Shown here one piece after another: positions 50,580 to 59,676 of a DNA stretch of 64,000 bases; the first letter of the stretch is position 1, and each line of letters opens with the position of its first letter. The notes under the pieces are model-generated. The model saw only the letters and a list, made by a program, of their open reading frames with translations, was not told where the DNA came from and did not search any database. Origin of the DNA: an uncultured delta proteobacterium (GTDB taxonomy: Bacteria; Myxococcota_A; Polyangia; Polyangiales; Houyiibacteriaceae); assembly GCA_963699755.1 (NCBI GenBank), contig CAVOVB010000001.1, positions 32,001 to 96,000 on the forward strand. Direction: 5' to 3'. The position numbers were made by a program, and so were the translations under genes.

Positions 50580-51515
50580 ATGCCCGATGAACCAAACAAG
50601 CTGGAGCAGAAGCTGCCACGGCCTGTAGTGAAAGCGCTCCAGCGTTTCATGGAGCGCGGCTTGTTGAACAAGTGGGCGGAAGCGACCGAAGCGCAACTGA
50701 GAGAACCCGCGCAGCAATTCGATCCCGAGTTCATGCGCAAGCTCGTTCCGAGAATGGAAACCTTCACGAGCTACTTCGGCGCGGAAGTCCGCGGAATGGA
50801 TCGCGTGCCGACGAGCCCTGTGCTGCTGATCGGAAACCACTCGGGCGGCATCATGACACCGGACACGAGCGCCCTGTACGCAGCCTGGTATCGCACGCGC
50901 GGTTTCGAAGACCCTCTAATGGGCCTCGCGTTCGACGCCATCTACGCCGTCCCAGGTTGGCGCGAGCTGATGCGCAAGATCGGCCAGATGCCCGCGAACA
51001 TGGACAACGCGGCGGCCGCCCTGGGAGACGGCTGCTCGGTGCTGCTCTATCCCGGCGGCGCCTACGAAGTCTTCCGGCCCTGGAAAGACCGCAACCGCAT
51101 CACGTTCAAGGGCCGCAAAGGCTTCATCCGGCTGGCACTCCAAGCCGGCGTCCCCGTGGTTCCTGTGGTCGGTCATGGCGGCCACGAAACGACCATCGTC
51201 CTGACGCGCGGCGAGCGCTTGGCCAAGCTTTTGGGCCTCGACAAGGTGCGCATGGACGGCGCGCCTTTGCTTCTTCAGCTGCCCTGGGGGATTTCGAGCC
51301 CGGCCACCCCGGGCGTGCCGCTCCCAGCGAAGATCACCGTGCAGGTCTGCGAGCCACTCGACTGGAGCCGCTTCGGTCCCGAAAGTGCCGACGACCCGGA
51401 TGTGCTCGAGCGCTGTTACGACGAAGTCACTTCCATCATGCAGGTCACCCTCGACCAGCTCGCCATCGAGAACCCGCGACCGCTCCTCAGCCGCTTCGTT
51501 CGGCGCAAAGGCTAG
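50580..51515 (+). CDS. Lysophospholipid/DGAT2-type acyltransferase
   Basis: NHSGG...D, YPGG, KGFIRLA. Confidence 0.88.
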   Translation: MPDEPNKLEQKLPRPVVKALQRFMERGLLNKWAEATEAQLREPAQQFDPEFMRKLVPRMETFTSYFGAEVRGMDRVPTSPVLLIGNHSGGIMTPDTSALYAAWYRTRGFEDPLMGLAFDAIYAVPGWRELMRKIGQMPANMDNAAAALGDGCSVLLYPGGAYEVFRPWKDRNRITFKGRKGFIRLALQAGVPVVPVVGHGGHETTIVLTRGERLAKLLGLDKVRMDGAPLLLQLPWGISSPATPGVPLPAKITVQVCEPLDWSRFGPESADDPDVLERCYDEVTSIMQVTLDQLAIENPRPLLSRFVRRKG

Positions 51516-51528
51516 AAGCACGAACGCG

Positions 51529-52893
51529 ATGTTCCCCGGCGTACCGACGATTTCCTGGGCCTTCTTGGCCGTCAGTCTGCTGGGCGCCTCCTTCACCGCG
51601 AACGCCTTTGTCCCGGTGCGCCGCGTGCCCGCGCTCTTCATGCCGAGCTTCTTTGGTTCCTGGTTGACGGCCGAGCTCGCGATTCATCATGTTTTTTGGC
51701 AATCGATCGCATCGCTAGTCTTCGTGGAGCTCGGCGCGCTTGCCGCCTGGCCGGGCTGGGCGGGGCTGGTCGTCACCCTCGGCTCATGGCTCGGTCTCTT
51801 GATCCTCTTCGCAGATGGCCATCGGGCACGGAAGACCTTCGATCGGGCTCTACGAGGCCTAACGGCGGTACGCGACACCAAGCCGGTCCCACGCCGAAAC
51901 GTCGTCTTGCCATTCTCCAAGAAGCGCCGAGGAATCCGAGTGACCCGCGATATCCCCTACCGGCGCGTCGCCGGCACAGTCTTGAAGCTCGACGTCGTGG
52001 CCCCCGCTGTGGCCCACGCCGTGGCCCCCGCCGAACCTGGGACGGATCCGGCCCCCGCCGAACCTGGGACGAATGGGGCCGGGACGAATCCGGCCAGGGG
52101 GGCGAAACGGCCGGCGATCATGCAAATTCACGGCGGCTCCTGGGTGATGGGTGACAAGCGCGAGCAAGGCTGGCCGCTCTTGTCGCACCTCGCAGCCAAT
52201 GGCTGGGTCTGCTTCAACCTCAACTACCGCCTGAGCCCGGGCGCCACCTTCCCCGACCATCTGATCGATCTCAAGGCAGGCCTGGCCTGGATTCGCGAGC
52301 ACGCCGAAGAGTGGGGCATCGACCCCGACTTCGTCGCTGTGACGGGCGGCTCCGCGGGCGGGCACCTCGCGGCCCTGATGGGTCTCACCGCGAACGATCC
52401 AGAATACCAGCCCGGCTTCGAGCAGGCCGACACCAGCGTGCAAGCCGCAGTACCGATCTATGGCGTCTACGACTTCACGAGCCGCCTCGGCACCAACCGG
52501 CTCCCATTTTGGTACCGACGGCTCGAACGCCAGATCATGAAAGCGTTCCGAGACGAAGAGCCGGGAAAGTTCCGTCGCGCCTCTCCCATCGAGCGCATCC
52601 ACCCAGACGCCCCCCCCTTCTTCGTGATTCACGGCGACCGCGACACCCTTGCGCCGGTCGAAGAGGCCCGCTATTTCGCCGCCAAGCTCGGCAAGGTCTC
52701 GAAATCTAGGGTCTTCTATGCCGAGCTTGGCGGCGCACAGCACGCGTTCGACCTCTTCTGCTCACCGAGAACATCACACATGCTCGTCGCGGTCTTGAAG
52801 TTCCTGGACGCCACACGTTCGAGTGCGCGCGCCGAGGCCGCGAAGCCACTACTCGATGACAGAGTCACTCACCTGGGGGTCGCCGTTCGCTAG
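51529..52893 (+). CDS. Membrane-anchored HSL-family esterase with in-frame repeat insertion
   Basis: HGGSW, GGSAGG, HGDRD, AQHAFD; N-terminal TM segments. Confidence 0.9.
   Translation: MFPGVPTISWAFLAVSLLGASFTANAFVPVRRVPALFMPSFFGSWLTAELAIHHVFWQSIASLVFVELGALAAWPGWAGLVVTLGSWLGLLILFADGHRARKTFDRALRGLTAVRDTKPVPRRNVVLPFSKKRRGIRVTRDIPYRRVAGTVLKLDVVAPAVAHAVAPAEPGTDPAPAEPGTNGAGTNPARGAKRPAIMQIHGGSWVMGDKREQGWPLLSHLAANGWVCFNLNYRLSPGATFPDHLIDLKAGLAWIREHAEEWGIDPDFVAVTGGSAGGHLAALMGLTANDPEYQPGFEQADTSVQAAVPIYGVYDFTSRLGTNRLPFWYRRLERQIMKAFRDEEPGKFRRASPIERIHPDAPPFFVIHGDRDTLAPVEEARYFAAKLGKVSKSRVFYAELGGAQHAFDLFCSPRTSHMLVAVLKFLDATRSSARAEAAKPLLDDRVTHLGVAVR
51997..52096 (+). repeat. In-frame tandem duplications inside the esterase
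   Basis: GTGGCCC x3 (12-bp period); GGCCCCCGCCGAACCTGGGACG x2 (52023, 52050); GGGACGAAT x2. Confidence 0.85.
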
Positions 52894-53934
52894 GACGAAG
52901 ATGCCCGGGAAGCCCTGGGTTTCGAAGCCAGCGCTCGGGTTGTTCCGCAGGACCGAATCCTCGATCACCAAGCTGCCGCTCCGGTCATTGCTCACGAAAA
53001 AGATCGCCCCGCCGCCTTCATTGGCTGTGTTGTTTTCGATGAGCGTTCCACACACCCTGAGCGTGAAGGTGTTGCCATCGTTGTAAATGGCGCCCCCGCT
53101 TCCGCCGCCGGGCGTGCCCTGACGCTGTGGGTTGGCGCCATTGCCGATTGCCTCGTTGTGCGTGAATGCACTGTTGATGACGCTGTACGAAACGCCAATC
53201 GAGCTGAGCGCCCCGCCGTTCGAGCAGACGTTCCCCAGTCCTTCCCCGCCGAACGTGCTATTCACGACGTACACCGGTTGGTCTTGATACTGATCGAAGA
53301 CCCGAATTGCGCCGCCACCCACGTCAGGCCCCAGATCGTGGCAGACGTTATTGAAGAAGCGCGTATTGACGGCCTTGAAACGGCCGCCACGAACGAAGAT
53401 CGCCCCGCCGCCCTCCTCTTCGGCCTTAGCGTTGCCATCGACGAAGCTCAGGTTCTGCACCGTCAGTCGCGGGTGGTCCTGGTCGTCACAATGCGGCGTG
53501 GTCCACACCTGCCGCTCGTCACAGGTGTTCTGATAGAGGATCCGCACGCGGCCGCCACCGCTCAAGGTCACCTTGCCACCCCCGTCGATCACGACGTCGG
53601 GCTTCTGGTCATTGAACACCTTGGCCGTTCGGTCGAGCGTGATGGTGACCGGGTCCGGCCCGCAGTCGAAGGTGATGATCCCCCCCTGCGCGACCGCATC
53701 GACGAACGCGCCCGAGGTGCAACTCGCCGGCGTCCCGTCGCCCACTACCGTATCGGGATCGGAAATGTCCTCTAGCTGCGCCTCGGTAGGCACCGTACAG
53801 GTTCCGTCGCCGTTGCCCGCGGGCGGCCCATCGTTTGGATCTGTTTGCGGATCCGCCGGTTGTGCTGGGCCACAAGCGAAGCCCATGAGCGCAAGCGCAG
53901 TCATCCCCCAGGCCAGAAGCAGTGATCGGAACAT
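52849..53934 (-). CDS. Beta-helix (Pmp/pectin-lyase-like) lipoprotein
   Basis: GFAC lipobox; repeated GGAI and FxxN motifs. Confidence 0.8.
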   Translation of the reverse strand: MFRSLLLAWGMTALALMGFACGPAQPADPQTDPNDGPPAGNGDGTCTVPTEAQLEDISDPDTVVGDGTPASCTSGAFVDAVAQGGIITFDCGPDPVTITLDRTAKVFNDQKPDVVIDGGGKVTLSGGGRVRILYQNTCDERQVWTTPHCDDQDHPRLTVQNLSFVDGNAKAEEEGGGAIFVRGGRFKAVNTRFFNNVCHDLGPDVGGGAIRVFDQYQDQPVYVVNSTFGGEGLGNVCSNGGALSSIGVSYSVINSAFTHNEAIGNGANPQRQGTPGGGSGGAIYNDGNTFTLRVCGTLIENNTANEGGGAIFFVSNDRSGSLVIEDSVLRNNPSAGFETQGFPGIFVLANGDPQVSDSVIE

Positions 53935-54119
53935 CCTGGAATTCCCCCTCCCCTACAAGATAGCCAACTGGAGCAGACGACGGGTAGTGGTTCATGCCGG
54001 CCGCGACCAAGCGCAGTCCTTGCGCTCACGGGTGTGCTCGCGAAAAAACTGCATGAATCGGCCCGGTGCAGGCCCCAGGTTTCCCTTGCCAGTCGAGACT
54101 GTCTCTCTCGGACGAGGGT

Positions 54120-54135
54120 TGGTACGTGCATTGCA
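54120..54135 (+). promoter_or_regulatory. sigma54 promoter
   Basis: TGGTAC-GTGCA-TTGCA, about 30 nt before ATG 54165. Confidence 0.6.
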
Positions 54136-54164
54136 CTTCAGGCTTCCGACCGGGAGGTGCGGAG

Positions 54165-54743
54165 ATGCTGTCGTATAAATTCGGAGTTTGGCGCTTGGGT
54201 GCGCTCACCATCATGGCGTTGGTCGCGAGTAGTTGTAGCGGGGAGGGCGACGGGCCCACGTCCGGCGCAGGAGCATTGCAAAGTTCCTGCGTGATCAACC
54301 AGCTCAATCTCGTGCGCGACATTCCCGATGGAGACGCATGCGACAACTTCGGCTACAGCGATTGCTTTGGTTTTGGCAGCGAATGCATCAACTACTGCGC
54401 CTTTGACTTCTGCCAGCCAGCGGAGTGCAAATCGCAGGAAGACTGCGATGCCGCTTTCGGCCCGCTTCCGATCGGAAATGTCTGGCTCTGCCACGAGTAT
54501 GTCGTCAGCAGGAAGGAGTACGGTGCCTGGTGCGAGTCTGTCGAGGCCTGCACCGAAGGAACGGTCAACTGTCCGTGCCTCCCGGGCGATCTTTGCGGCT
54601 CAGACCCCTGGGGCGAGGGCAACATGAGCTGCGTCGCTGGATTGTGCGAATCACAGTGTCCATCGAGCTGCATCGTCGGCTCAGTCTGCTGCGGCGGTTC
54701 ATTGTGCGCCGGCAACTGCATCGGCACCCCCTGCTGCTCCTGA
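54165..54743 (+). CDS. Cys-rich lipoprotein
   Basis: ASSC lipobox; very Cys-rich; CTEGTVNCPC. Confidence 0.7.
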   Translation: MLSYKFGVWRLGALTIMALVASSCSGEGDGPTSGAGALQSSCVINQLNLVRDIPDGDACDNFGYSDCFGFGSECINYCAFDFCQPAECKSQEDCDAAFGPLPIGNVWLCHEYVVSRKEYGAWCESVEACTEGTVNCPCLPGDLCGSDPWGEGNMSCVAGLCESQCPSSCIVGSVCCGGSLCAGNCIGTPCCS

Positions 54744-54839
54744 CCGTGCAATCTGCCCAGATGGCGAGTCAGGGCAACGCTTCCGAAAAGCTCGGGTATA
54801 TGTCGCCTCCGTCACTCAAGACATCTGCATCGCACACGC

Positions 54840-55742
54840 CTACGGCGCGTCCCTCAACTGTCCTCGCATGAGGCCGCTCGAAACCTGTTGGGACGTGAAG
54901 CTTATGTAAAGCGGGCTCGCGGTGTCGGTCAGCGCGGCGGCTTCATCTGGAGTGATGAACACCGAAACGGTGAGCGAGCTTTCTTCGAGGAAAGGCGCCC
55001 CAAACGACCGAACCACCTCGATCGGTTCGCCAAAGAGCGTCAAGACCACGTCCCCGTTTTCCGACGCGTCACCCCTGCGAATCTGCCCATCCCGAACCTC
55101 GTCGGTTTCGGATAGATTGTCGACCGTCACGGTGTAGCTCAGCACGTTCCCAACTAGCTGCATCTCGACGGTTCCGGTTTCCGTCCGCTGGTCGAGCGGA
55201 AATGGTGGGTCGACTACCAGTTCAGGGGACAGCAAGACCGTTGCCTCAAACTCCGGGGTCGGTTCAGTCGCGGGCTCGGAAATGATAGGAAGCGTCTCGT
55301 CGTCCTCCTGCAACGCCAATCGCGCTTCGGCATCGACGCCACACCATTCGAAGAAGTCCTCCCGCAAGAAAGCCTCGATCTGCGGCTCTTCGCCAGCGAA
55401 CTGGAGGAACATGGTAGCAAAGAAGCAAGACCCTAGCTTCAAGACGCCCCCCTGAAGCGATCCATCGTCCGTGGTTAGCGCAAAGCCAGCTATTCGACCT
55501 TCCGATCCGAACTCGCCAACAAACAGCGTTGCGGACTGGCCGAACCGCGGGTCTTCCTCGGGGAACAGACCGGCATCAGGCCCGAACTCAAACGTCTTGT
55601 ATTTCAAATCAGCAGGGGTAGTTTCTGCGAACCCAACGACTCCAAGCTCACCAGCTTCTTCTGGAGCGCAGCCAAAAACGGAACGCGCGACGAGCAACGA
55701 GAGCACGCCAATTCCACACCAAGTCGCAACGGGTTTGTTCAT
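54840..55742 (-). CDS. Lipoprotein with C-terminal CHRD-like domain
   Basis: VFGC lipobox; LSYTVTVDNLS...GDASENGDVV...GLMRGQL. Confidence 0.7.
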   Translation of the reverse strand: MNKPVATWCGIGVLSLLVARSVFGCAPEEAGELGVVGFAETTPADLKYKTFEFGPDAGLFPEEDPRFGQSATLFVGEFGSEGRIAGFALTTDDGSLQGGVLKLGSCFFATMFLQFAGEEPQIEAFLREDFFEWCGVDAEARLALQEDDETLPIISEPATEPTPEFEATVLLSPELVVDPPFPLDQRTETGTVEMQLVGNVLSYTVTVDNLSETDEVRDGQIRRGDASENGDVVLTLFGEPIEVVRSFGAPFLEESSLTVSVFITPDEAAALTDTASPLYISFTSQQVSSGLMRGQLRDAP

Positions 55743-55756
55743 GGCGAGAGACCCGA

Positions 55757-55772
55757 TGCAAACCACATGCCT
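55757..55772 (-). promoter_or_regulatory. sigma54-like promoter
   Basis: AGGCAT-GTGGT-TTGCA (GG-N10-GC). Confidence 0.45.
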
Positions 55773-55945
55773 TGGCGAAAGAGCCGGTTTCGCGGCAATT
55801 TCGAGCTTCCTGCGGCGCAGTCGCTGCGTTTGTGGAATGCCCGACGCAAAACCTGCACGCCTCGCTTGGCCTCCTGGCTGCGGCTGGCAGCCCGGCCCTG
55901 GATCTGCCAATACCCGCCCTCACGCGAAGGCGTGGGGGTTCAGGC

Positions 55946-57760
55946 GTGCAGAATAAGATTCGAAATGTGGCGATTATCGCCCACGTCGACCACGGGAAGA
56001 CGACGCTGGTCGACGCGATGTTGCATCAGACCGGCGTCTTTCGGGCAAACGAGGCCGTTCGTGAGCGCGTGATGGACTCGAACGACCTCGAGCGCGAGCG
56101 CGGCATCACCATTTTGGCCAAGCACGCGTCGGTTCGTTGGAAAGACTACAAGATCAATCTGATCGACACGCCGGGCCACGCGGACTTCGGTGGCGAGGTC
56201 GAGCGCACGCTCAGGATGGCCGATGGGGCACTTCTTTTGGTCGACGCGGCCGAAGGCGCCCTCCCCCAGACGCGCTTCGTGTTGTCGAAGTGCATCGAGC
56301 TCGACCTTCCCGTCGTGACGGTCGTCAACAAGATCGACCGAAGCGATGCCCGCCCCGACGAGGCCCTGCACGAAGTCTTCGATCTGTTCTGCGACCTCGG
56401 CGCCACTGACGAGCAGGCCGATTTCGCGCATATTTACGCGATCGGCAAAGATGGGATCGCAAAACGCGAGCTCGAAGACGAATCGAGCGACCTCACGCCG
56501 CTCTTTGAAACGCTCATCGAAAGGCTCCCGGCACCCGAGGGCGACCCGGACGCGCCTCTTCAGCTTCTGGTTCACAACACGATCCACGACGAGTACGTCG
56601 GCCGCATCGCCATCGGCCGCATCCGAAACGGCACCATCAAGCCGCAAGAGACGCTGGCGATCATCGGCAAGGACGGTGTGGTCGAACGGAAGGTTGGCGC
56701 GCTCTGGGGCTTCGAGAGCCTCGACCGCGTCCGCATCGCCGAAGCGTCCGCCGGCGACATCGTGGCGATCTCCGGTATCGAAGACGTGCACATCGGGGAC
56801 ACGATCGCTGCGGCGAGTCACCCGAACCCGCTGGAGCGGATCAGCGTCGAGCAGCCGACCATCAAGATCCGTTTCATGGTCAACACCTCGCCCTTCGCCG
56901 GACTCGTGGGCGATTACGTCACCTCCCGACAGGTCCGCGAGCGGCTTCTCAGAGAAGCGCAGCGAAACATCGCCATGCGCGTCGAGGAGGGCGATGAGCC
57001 CGACTCATTCATGGTTTATGGCCGCGGCGAGCTGATGCTCGCGATCTTGGCAGAAACGATGCGGCGGGAAGGCTACGAGTTCGCCCTCGGTATGCCCGAG
57101 GTCGTGGTTCGCGAGATCGACGGCCAGAAGTGCGAGCCCGTCGAAACTGTCGTCGTCGACGTCCCCCAGCACCATGTCGGTACGGTGACCCAACTCCTTG
57201 GCGACCGGCGCGGCGTGATGGGCAAGATGAGCCCCCTCGGTACGAACCGCTCCCGCATCGAGTACCGCGTTCCATCACGAGGCCTCATCGGCTTCCGTTC
57301 CTTGTTCATGACCGAGACGCGCGGCGAGGGGCTTCTCAACACGATGTTTGAGGGATGGGACCCTTACGCCGGCCCTCTGCTTCGCCGCAAGAACGGCGCG
57401 ATCGTCTCCGACCGGAAAGGCGTTACCACGCCCTACGCCCTCTTCAACCTGCAGCCGCGGGGCAAGCTCTTCGTCGGCACCGGGACGAAGGTCTACGAGG
57501 GCATGATCGTCGGCGAGCACAACCGTCCGAGCGACCTCGACGTGAACTGCACCCGCGAGAAGAAGCTCACCAACATTAGGGCCGCCGGGAAGGATGAAAA
57601 CGTCGTCCTGACCCCGCACAAAGAGCTCACCATCGAAAACGCCCTCGACTGGATCGATCAGGACGAGCTGGTCGAGGTCACCCCGGATGCCGTCCGCGTC
57701 CGCAAGGCGATCCTGCAGTGCAACCTGCGCCCGAAGCGCGAAGCCACCAAAAAGGGCTAG
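55946..57760 (+). CDS. typA: Translational GTPase TypA/BipA
   Basis: AHVDHGKTT, ERERGITI, DTPGHADF, NKID, KKLTNIRA. Confidence 0.96.
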   Translation: MQNKIRNVAIIAHVDHGKTTLVDAMLHQTGVFRANEAVRERVMDSNDLERERGITILAKHASVRWKDYKINLIDTPGHADFGGEVERTLRMADGALLLVDAAEGALPQTRFVLSKCIELDLPVVTVVNKIDRSDARPDEALHEVFDLFCDLGATDEQADFAHIYAIGKDGIAKRELEDESSDLTPLFETLIERLPAPEGDPDAPLQLLVHNTIHDEYVGRIAIGRIRNGTIKPQETLAIIGKDGVVERKVGALWGFESLDRVRIAEASAGDIVAISGIEDVHIGDTIAAASHPNPLERISVEQPTIKIRFMVNTSPFAGLVGDYVTSRQVRERLLREAQRNIAMRVEEGDEPDSFMVYGRGELMLAILAETMRREGYEFALGMPEVVVREIDGQKCEPVETVVVDVPQHHVGTVTQLLGDRRGVMGKMSPLGTNRSRIEYRVPSRGLIGFRSLFMTETRGEGLLNTMFEGWDPYAGPLLRRKNGAIVSDRKGVTTPYALFNLQPRGKLFVGTGTKVYEGMIVGEHNRPSDLDVNCTREKKLTNIRAAGKDENVVLTPHKELTIENALDWIDQDELVEVTPDAVRVRKAILQCNLRPKREATKKG

Positions 57761-58662
57761 CGCTTCGATTCCCGGACAGCCTTGGGGAGCGCGCCGGTCA
57801 TGCTCAACACGGCGCGCATGCATCGATGTGCGACGTCGATCGGCTCCAGATGCATCATCGGACAGCCGCCAGGGATCACCGTTGCGCCGTAGCCTTCGCA
57901 AAGCGCAGCCGCTTCGGAGGAGAACGAACCTGGGTCGATCGATCGGTGAAACCAGACGCGCCGAATCCCAGCGGCTCTGCACTGCTGAGCGATGTCGATG
58001 GCTTGGTCGGGATGGGTGGCGATCAGCACCGCATCTGCAGGCTGGGGAAGATCGGCAAGTGAGCCGTAACAGCGTTCCCCTTCGACCGATTCGGCATTGG
58101 GGTTGAGCGCGTAGACTTCTCGTCCGCTGTCCTTGAGCTTCTTGAAGATGATATTCGCTGGCGCGTTTCCGGCGCGAGACACACCGGCGACCGCAAATCG
58201 CTTCTCCGCCAGGAACGCCGCCGCGGCCTCTGAGAGTGACGACGCTCCTTCCGGAATCGACGCTTTGGCCGCCGCACGCGCCGATCGATGATAGCTGTAC
58301 AGGAACAGAGCCACCAAGAGGGCCTGAAAGCCCCAGCTAGGAATCATGAAGGGGAGAGAAACCAGCTCGGCAGAAACGGCGTAGACGCCTGCCCACGCCA
58401 GGCCCGCGATCACGAAGACCGTGATCAGCAGGACCCCGCGGCGCTCGAGCGGCCTCCGGTCTGCCCACAAGAGGAGCGCCGTCCAGCCGAGCATCAGCGC
58501 CGCTCCGAACCGCATCGCATAGCGGTAGTCGGGCGTTGGCTCAAAGCCTGCGTCACCGTAGGCGGCACGCCCCAGCTCGGGAAAAAACATCAGGACGGCG
58601 ACAATACCGTCGGCGACCGCCCCGACCCGGTATGAAATTCTCAGCCAGCGGATCTCAGGCAT
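57757..58662 (-). CDS. Four-TM domain fused to CoA-binding (YccU-like) domain
   Basis: WADRRPLERRGV membrane module; FAVAGVSR...LNP...GGCPMM. Confidence 0.75.
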   Translation of the reverse strand: MPEIRWLRISYRVGAVADGIVAVLMFFPELGRAAYGDAGFEPTPDYRYAMRFGAALMLGWTALLLWADRRPLERRGVLLITVFVIAGLAWAGVYAVSAELVSLPFMIPSWGFQALLVALFLYSYHRSARAAAKASIPEGASSLSEAAAAFLAEKRFAVAGVSRAGNAPANIIFKKLKDSGREVYALNPNAESVEGERCYGSLADLPQPADAVLIATHPDQAIDIAQQCRAAGIRRVWFHRSIDPGSFSSEAAALCEGYGATVIPGGCPMMHLEPIDVAHRCMRAVLSMTGALPKAVRESKR

Positions 58663-59015
58663 GGCTCCTTGATTGACGAGGGACCTCAGTCGCACGGCCC
58701 GGGACGGGCCCCAGCATCATGAGGAGCTTTGGCGCCTGGCCCTGCACAGCAAGAGATCCGCCGCAGACCCTCGAACGCAGAACAGAACCGACCTGCCTCA
58801 GCTCAACCAACACACCACCCCTTTGCCGGCGACTGACATCCATCGCTCCGCGGAGCATGCAACCGCCGTGCCACCCAGCCCCCGAACCCCCCGATCCGCC
58901 CTCTGATTCACCAACCCAGGTTCAAGCGCGCGAAGATTCTTCGTTTGGTGGCTATGGGCCGCAAACGTTGCGCAAATTGCCGGCTGGGCTGCCTGGAGGT
59001 CATGATGGTCGGGCA

Positions 59016-59603
59016 GTGGCGCGATCAGGAGACAGGGGTGGCAAAGGCGGAGGTAGAAATGGCCACGCCAGCGGGCGCTCGAAGGCAGATCGGGAAGCCC
59101 TCGAACGAGCCTTGTCCGATGTGAAGCCCTTGAACCCTGGTTCGAAGAAGAGGGTGACGCCTGCTCTGGCAAGCGGCTCCGCGTCGTTGCCCTGGTCTTC
59201 GGGGTCGGCAATGCAACCGGCCCCGCCGCTGATTCTCGAACGCGAAGCCAACGGCATCGTCCTCGGCAAGCGTCGCGCGACTCACTCGAGCATCCTCGAA
59301 GCTCTCGAACACCCGAAGCTCGAGGTTCAAGCACAATGCGATCTGCACGGGCAAACCGCACGCGAAGCCGAGCGCGAAGTGCTCCGCTTCGTTCGGGAAT
59401 GCCAACGGAAGGGTCAGCGTTGGGTCCTGATCATCGTCGGCAAGGGTCTCCACAGCCCTGGCGGACAGGCCACGCTCAAGTCCAGTGTGGCCGACGCCCT
59501 CAGTAAACGAGCCCCTTCCCGCTTCGTCCTCGCCTTCCGAACGGCCCCACGCCACCTTGGCGGCACCGGCGCCTTGGTCGCCCGCCTAGTCGACCGACTC
59601 TAA
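59016..59603 (+). CDS. Stand-alone Smr domain protein
   Basis: DVKPL, DLHG, IVGKGLHS, GGTGAL; start uncertain. Confidence 0.85.
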   Translation: MARSGDRGGKGGGRNGHASGRSKADREALERALSDVKPLNPGSKKRVTPALASGSASLPWSSGSAMQPAPPLILEREANGIVLGKRRATHSSILEALEHPKLEVQAQCDLHGQTAREAEREVLRFVRECQRKGQRWVLIIVGKGLHSPGGQATLKSSVADALSKRAPSRFVLAFRTAPRHLGGTGALVARLVDRL

Positions 59604-59676
59604 CCAAAGCGGAGCCCAAGCTCTTTCCCACGTTCGAATTCGAAGGACAGCGCGGATTGGCGACCGATACCCGGGT

